Shown here: piece after piece, positions 62,781-64,000 of the stretch
Numbering within the stretch: the first letter of the stretch is position 1
Layout: each line of letters starts with the position of its first letter
Assembly (NCBI GenBank): GCA_965112155.1
Contig: OZ218102.1
Source of the DNA: Podarcis liolepis
Taxonomy: Eukaryota
DNA length: 64,000 nt
Strand: one strand, 5' to 3'
Notes under the pieces: model-generated
Told to the model about the DNA's origin: nothing
The model's input: the letters and a program-made list of their open reading frames with translations, nothing else
Databases searched by the model: none
Translations under genes and position numbers: made by a program

Positions 62781-64000
62781 GTGAGTGATAAGATTCCCTT
62801 CTTGCCTTAACTCTCATTGTGTTAAACGTAAAGGAATCTTAGCCAAATCTGGGGAACCCTTTTCTCGAAAGTGCATTATTGCATATAGCCCCTATTACCT
62901 TGAATTATTGACCTACTAAAATTCCTTTGTCTTGCTTTTAATTAGTAGCTTTTTAGGTGGCACGCCCTTAATCTCTTCAAAAGTATCCATGTAATCTCAG
63001 GTGAGCTGATAACTGAACAGCCCAATTTAAACAGGCTTTCATTTAAAACAGGGCTGGGGGGGCCTTGTGGCCATCTACATTTTGGGATCTCCAACTCTCA
63101 GCAGCCCCTACCCAGCATGACCAAAGTTCAAGAATACTTGAAGTTGTAGGTCAAACAGCATAGTTGGGGGTTTTTTCATTGTGTCCAGCACCCAGCATTC
63201 ATGGACCTCAATGGAAACTGCCCAGCTAGATTTGAGAGTGTGCTTCTAAACCACAGCACATCTGATGAAGGGTTATTAGCCTATGTGCTTGAACTGTAAG
63301 AAGGCTGAGTAGACAGTAGGAAATAGAAGAACCAGTAAGTGGTGTGTTTTTTCTGTGTTACGATCTTGTTAAAACTTAGGAGCAGTAGAAGTGTGCTTTT
63401 GATGCATGTAAACAGCCATGGCGCTTGGACTTTAATCTTTGGTATTAACTAGTCCAGAGTAACTACAGACCCTTGGTATCCACACTTGCCACAAGAGAAG
63501 TGGACTAAACTTAAGGCACTGGAAGAGTAGTCTACAGGGGAAGGGGAGAATCCACACATTACTCTTGAGTGAGTCCTGTCCCATATGAAGAAAAGGAGAG
63601 CCAGTGGCCCATCCCAATCCCAGTATCCCGCTTTCACAATGGCCAAACAGATGTCTATGAGAAGCCCCAAAGCAGCAGCTGAACCCAACAGCACTCTCTC
63701 TGACTTTGATACCTGGAAACTTGGTGGCGATAGAACCTAGTCACTGTCACTAGTAACCACTGAGAGTGTTATTCTTCATGAATTTCTTTAATCCTAATTC
63801 AGAATTCACTTTTAAGACAGTCGGGGGCTCTTATTGGGAGCAAATTCCATAGTTCATATGCTGTGTAAAAAGAAAAAAAAGGACTTTGTCAGCTGTGCAT
63901 CTTCCAACATGCAGCTTCATTGGGTTTTCCTGACTTCTAGTTTTGGGAGAAAAACTCAACCAGGCTGATTAAAGAGAGCTGGCCCATGTACATGTTTTTA

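Noticed and set aside
62269-62817. 182-aa antisense ORF
   Set aside because: Shadow of the TIPARP coding exon.

Overview
This is vertebrate genomic DNA, most likely from a lacertid lizard, judging by its repeats (Sauria SINE, BovB, CR1, a tRNA-Lys/CR1-tail SINE, and many hAT and Tc1/mariner MITEs). It covers the conserved KCNAB1-SSR3-TIPARP synteny block. KCNAB1 (+) contributes its last three coding exons, and its final intron is GC-AG. SSR3/TRAP-gamma (-) is complete: 5 exons, 192 aa, with a U12-type last intron. About 37 kb of repeat-rich intergenic DNA follows, including one 144-N gap. The window ends with the CpG-island promoter, probable exon 1 and first coding exon of TIPARP/PARP7 (+). 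The most unusual feature is a 1.4-kb hAT element in TIPARP intron 1 with perfect TIRs and an 8-bp TSD. It lacks a transposase and instead carries promoter-like CpG-island DNA with a ZNF143-type motif, a CRE and sense-oriented splice donors, one of which is in frame with TIPARP. This makes it a candidate Pack-type element moving a captured promoter. Other oddities are a Tc2-like element holding a tandem array of hairpins, an internally deleted BovB, a double-tailed BovB insertion and several nested insertions. Gene exon boundaries were counted by hand. Repeat family names come from recalled motifs, not database searches.
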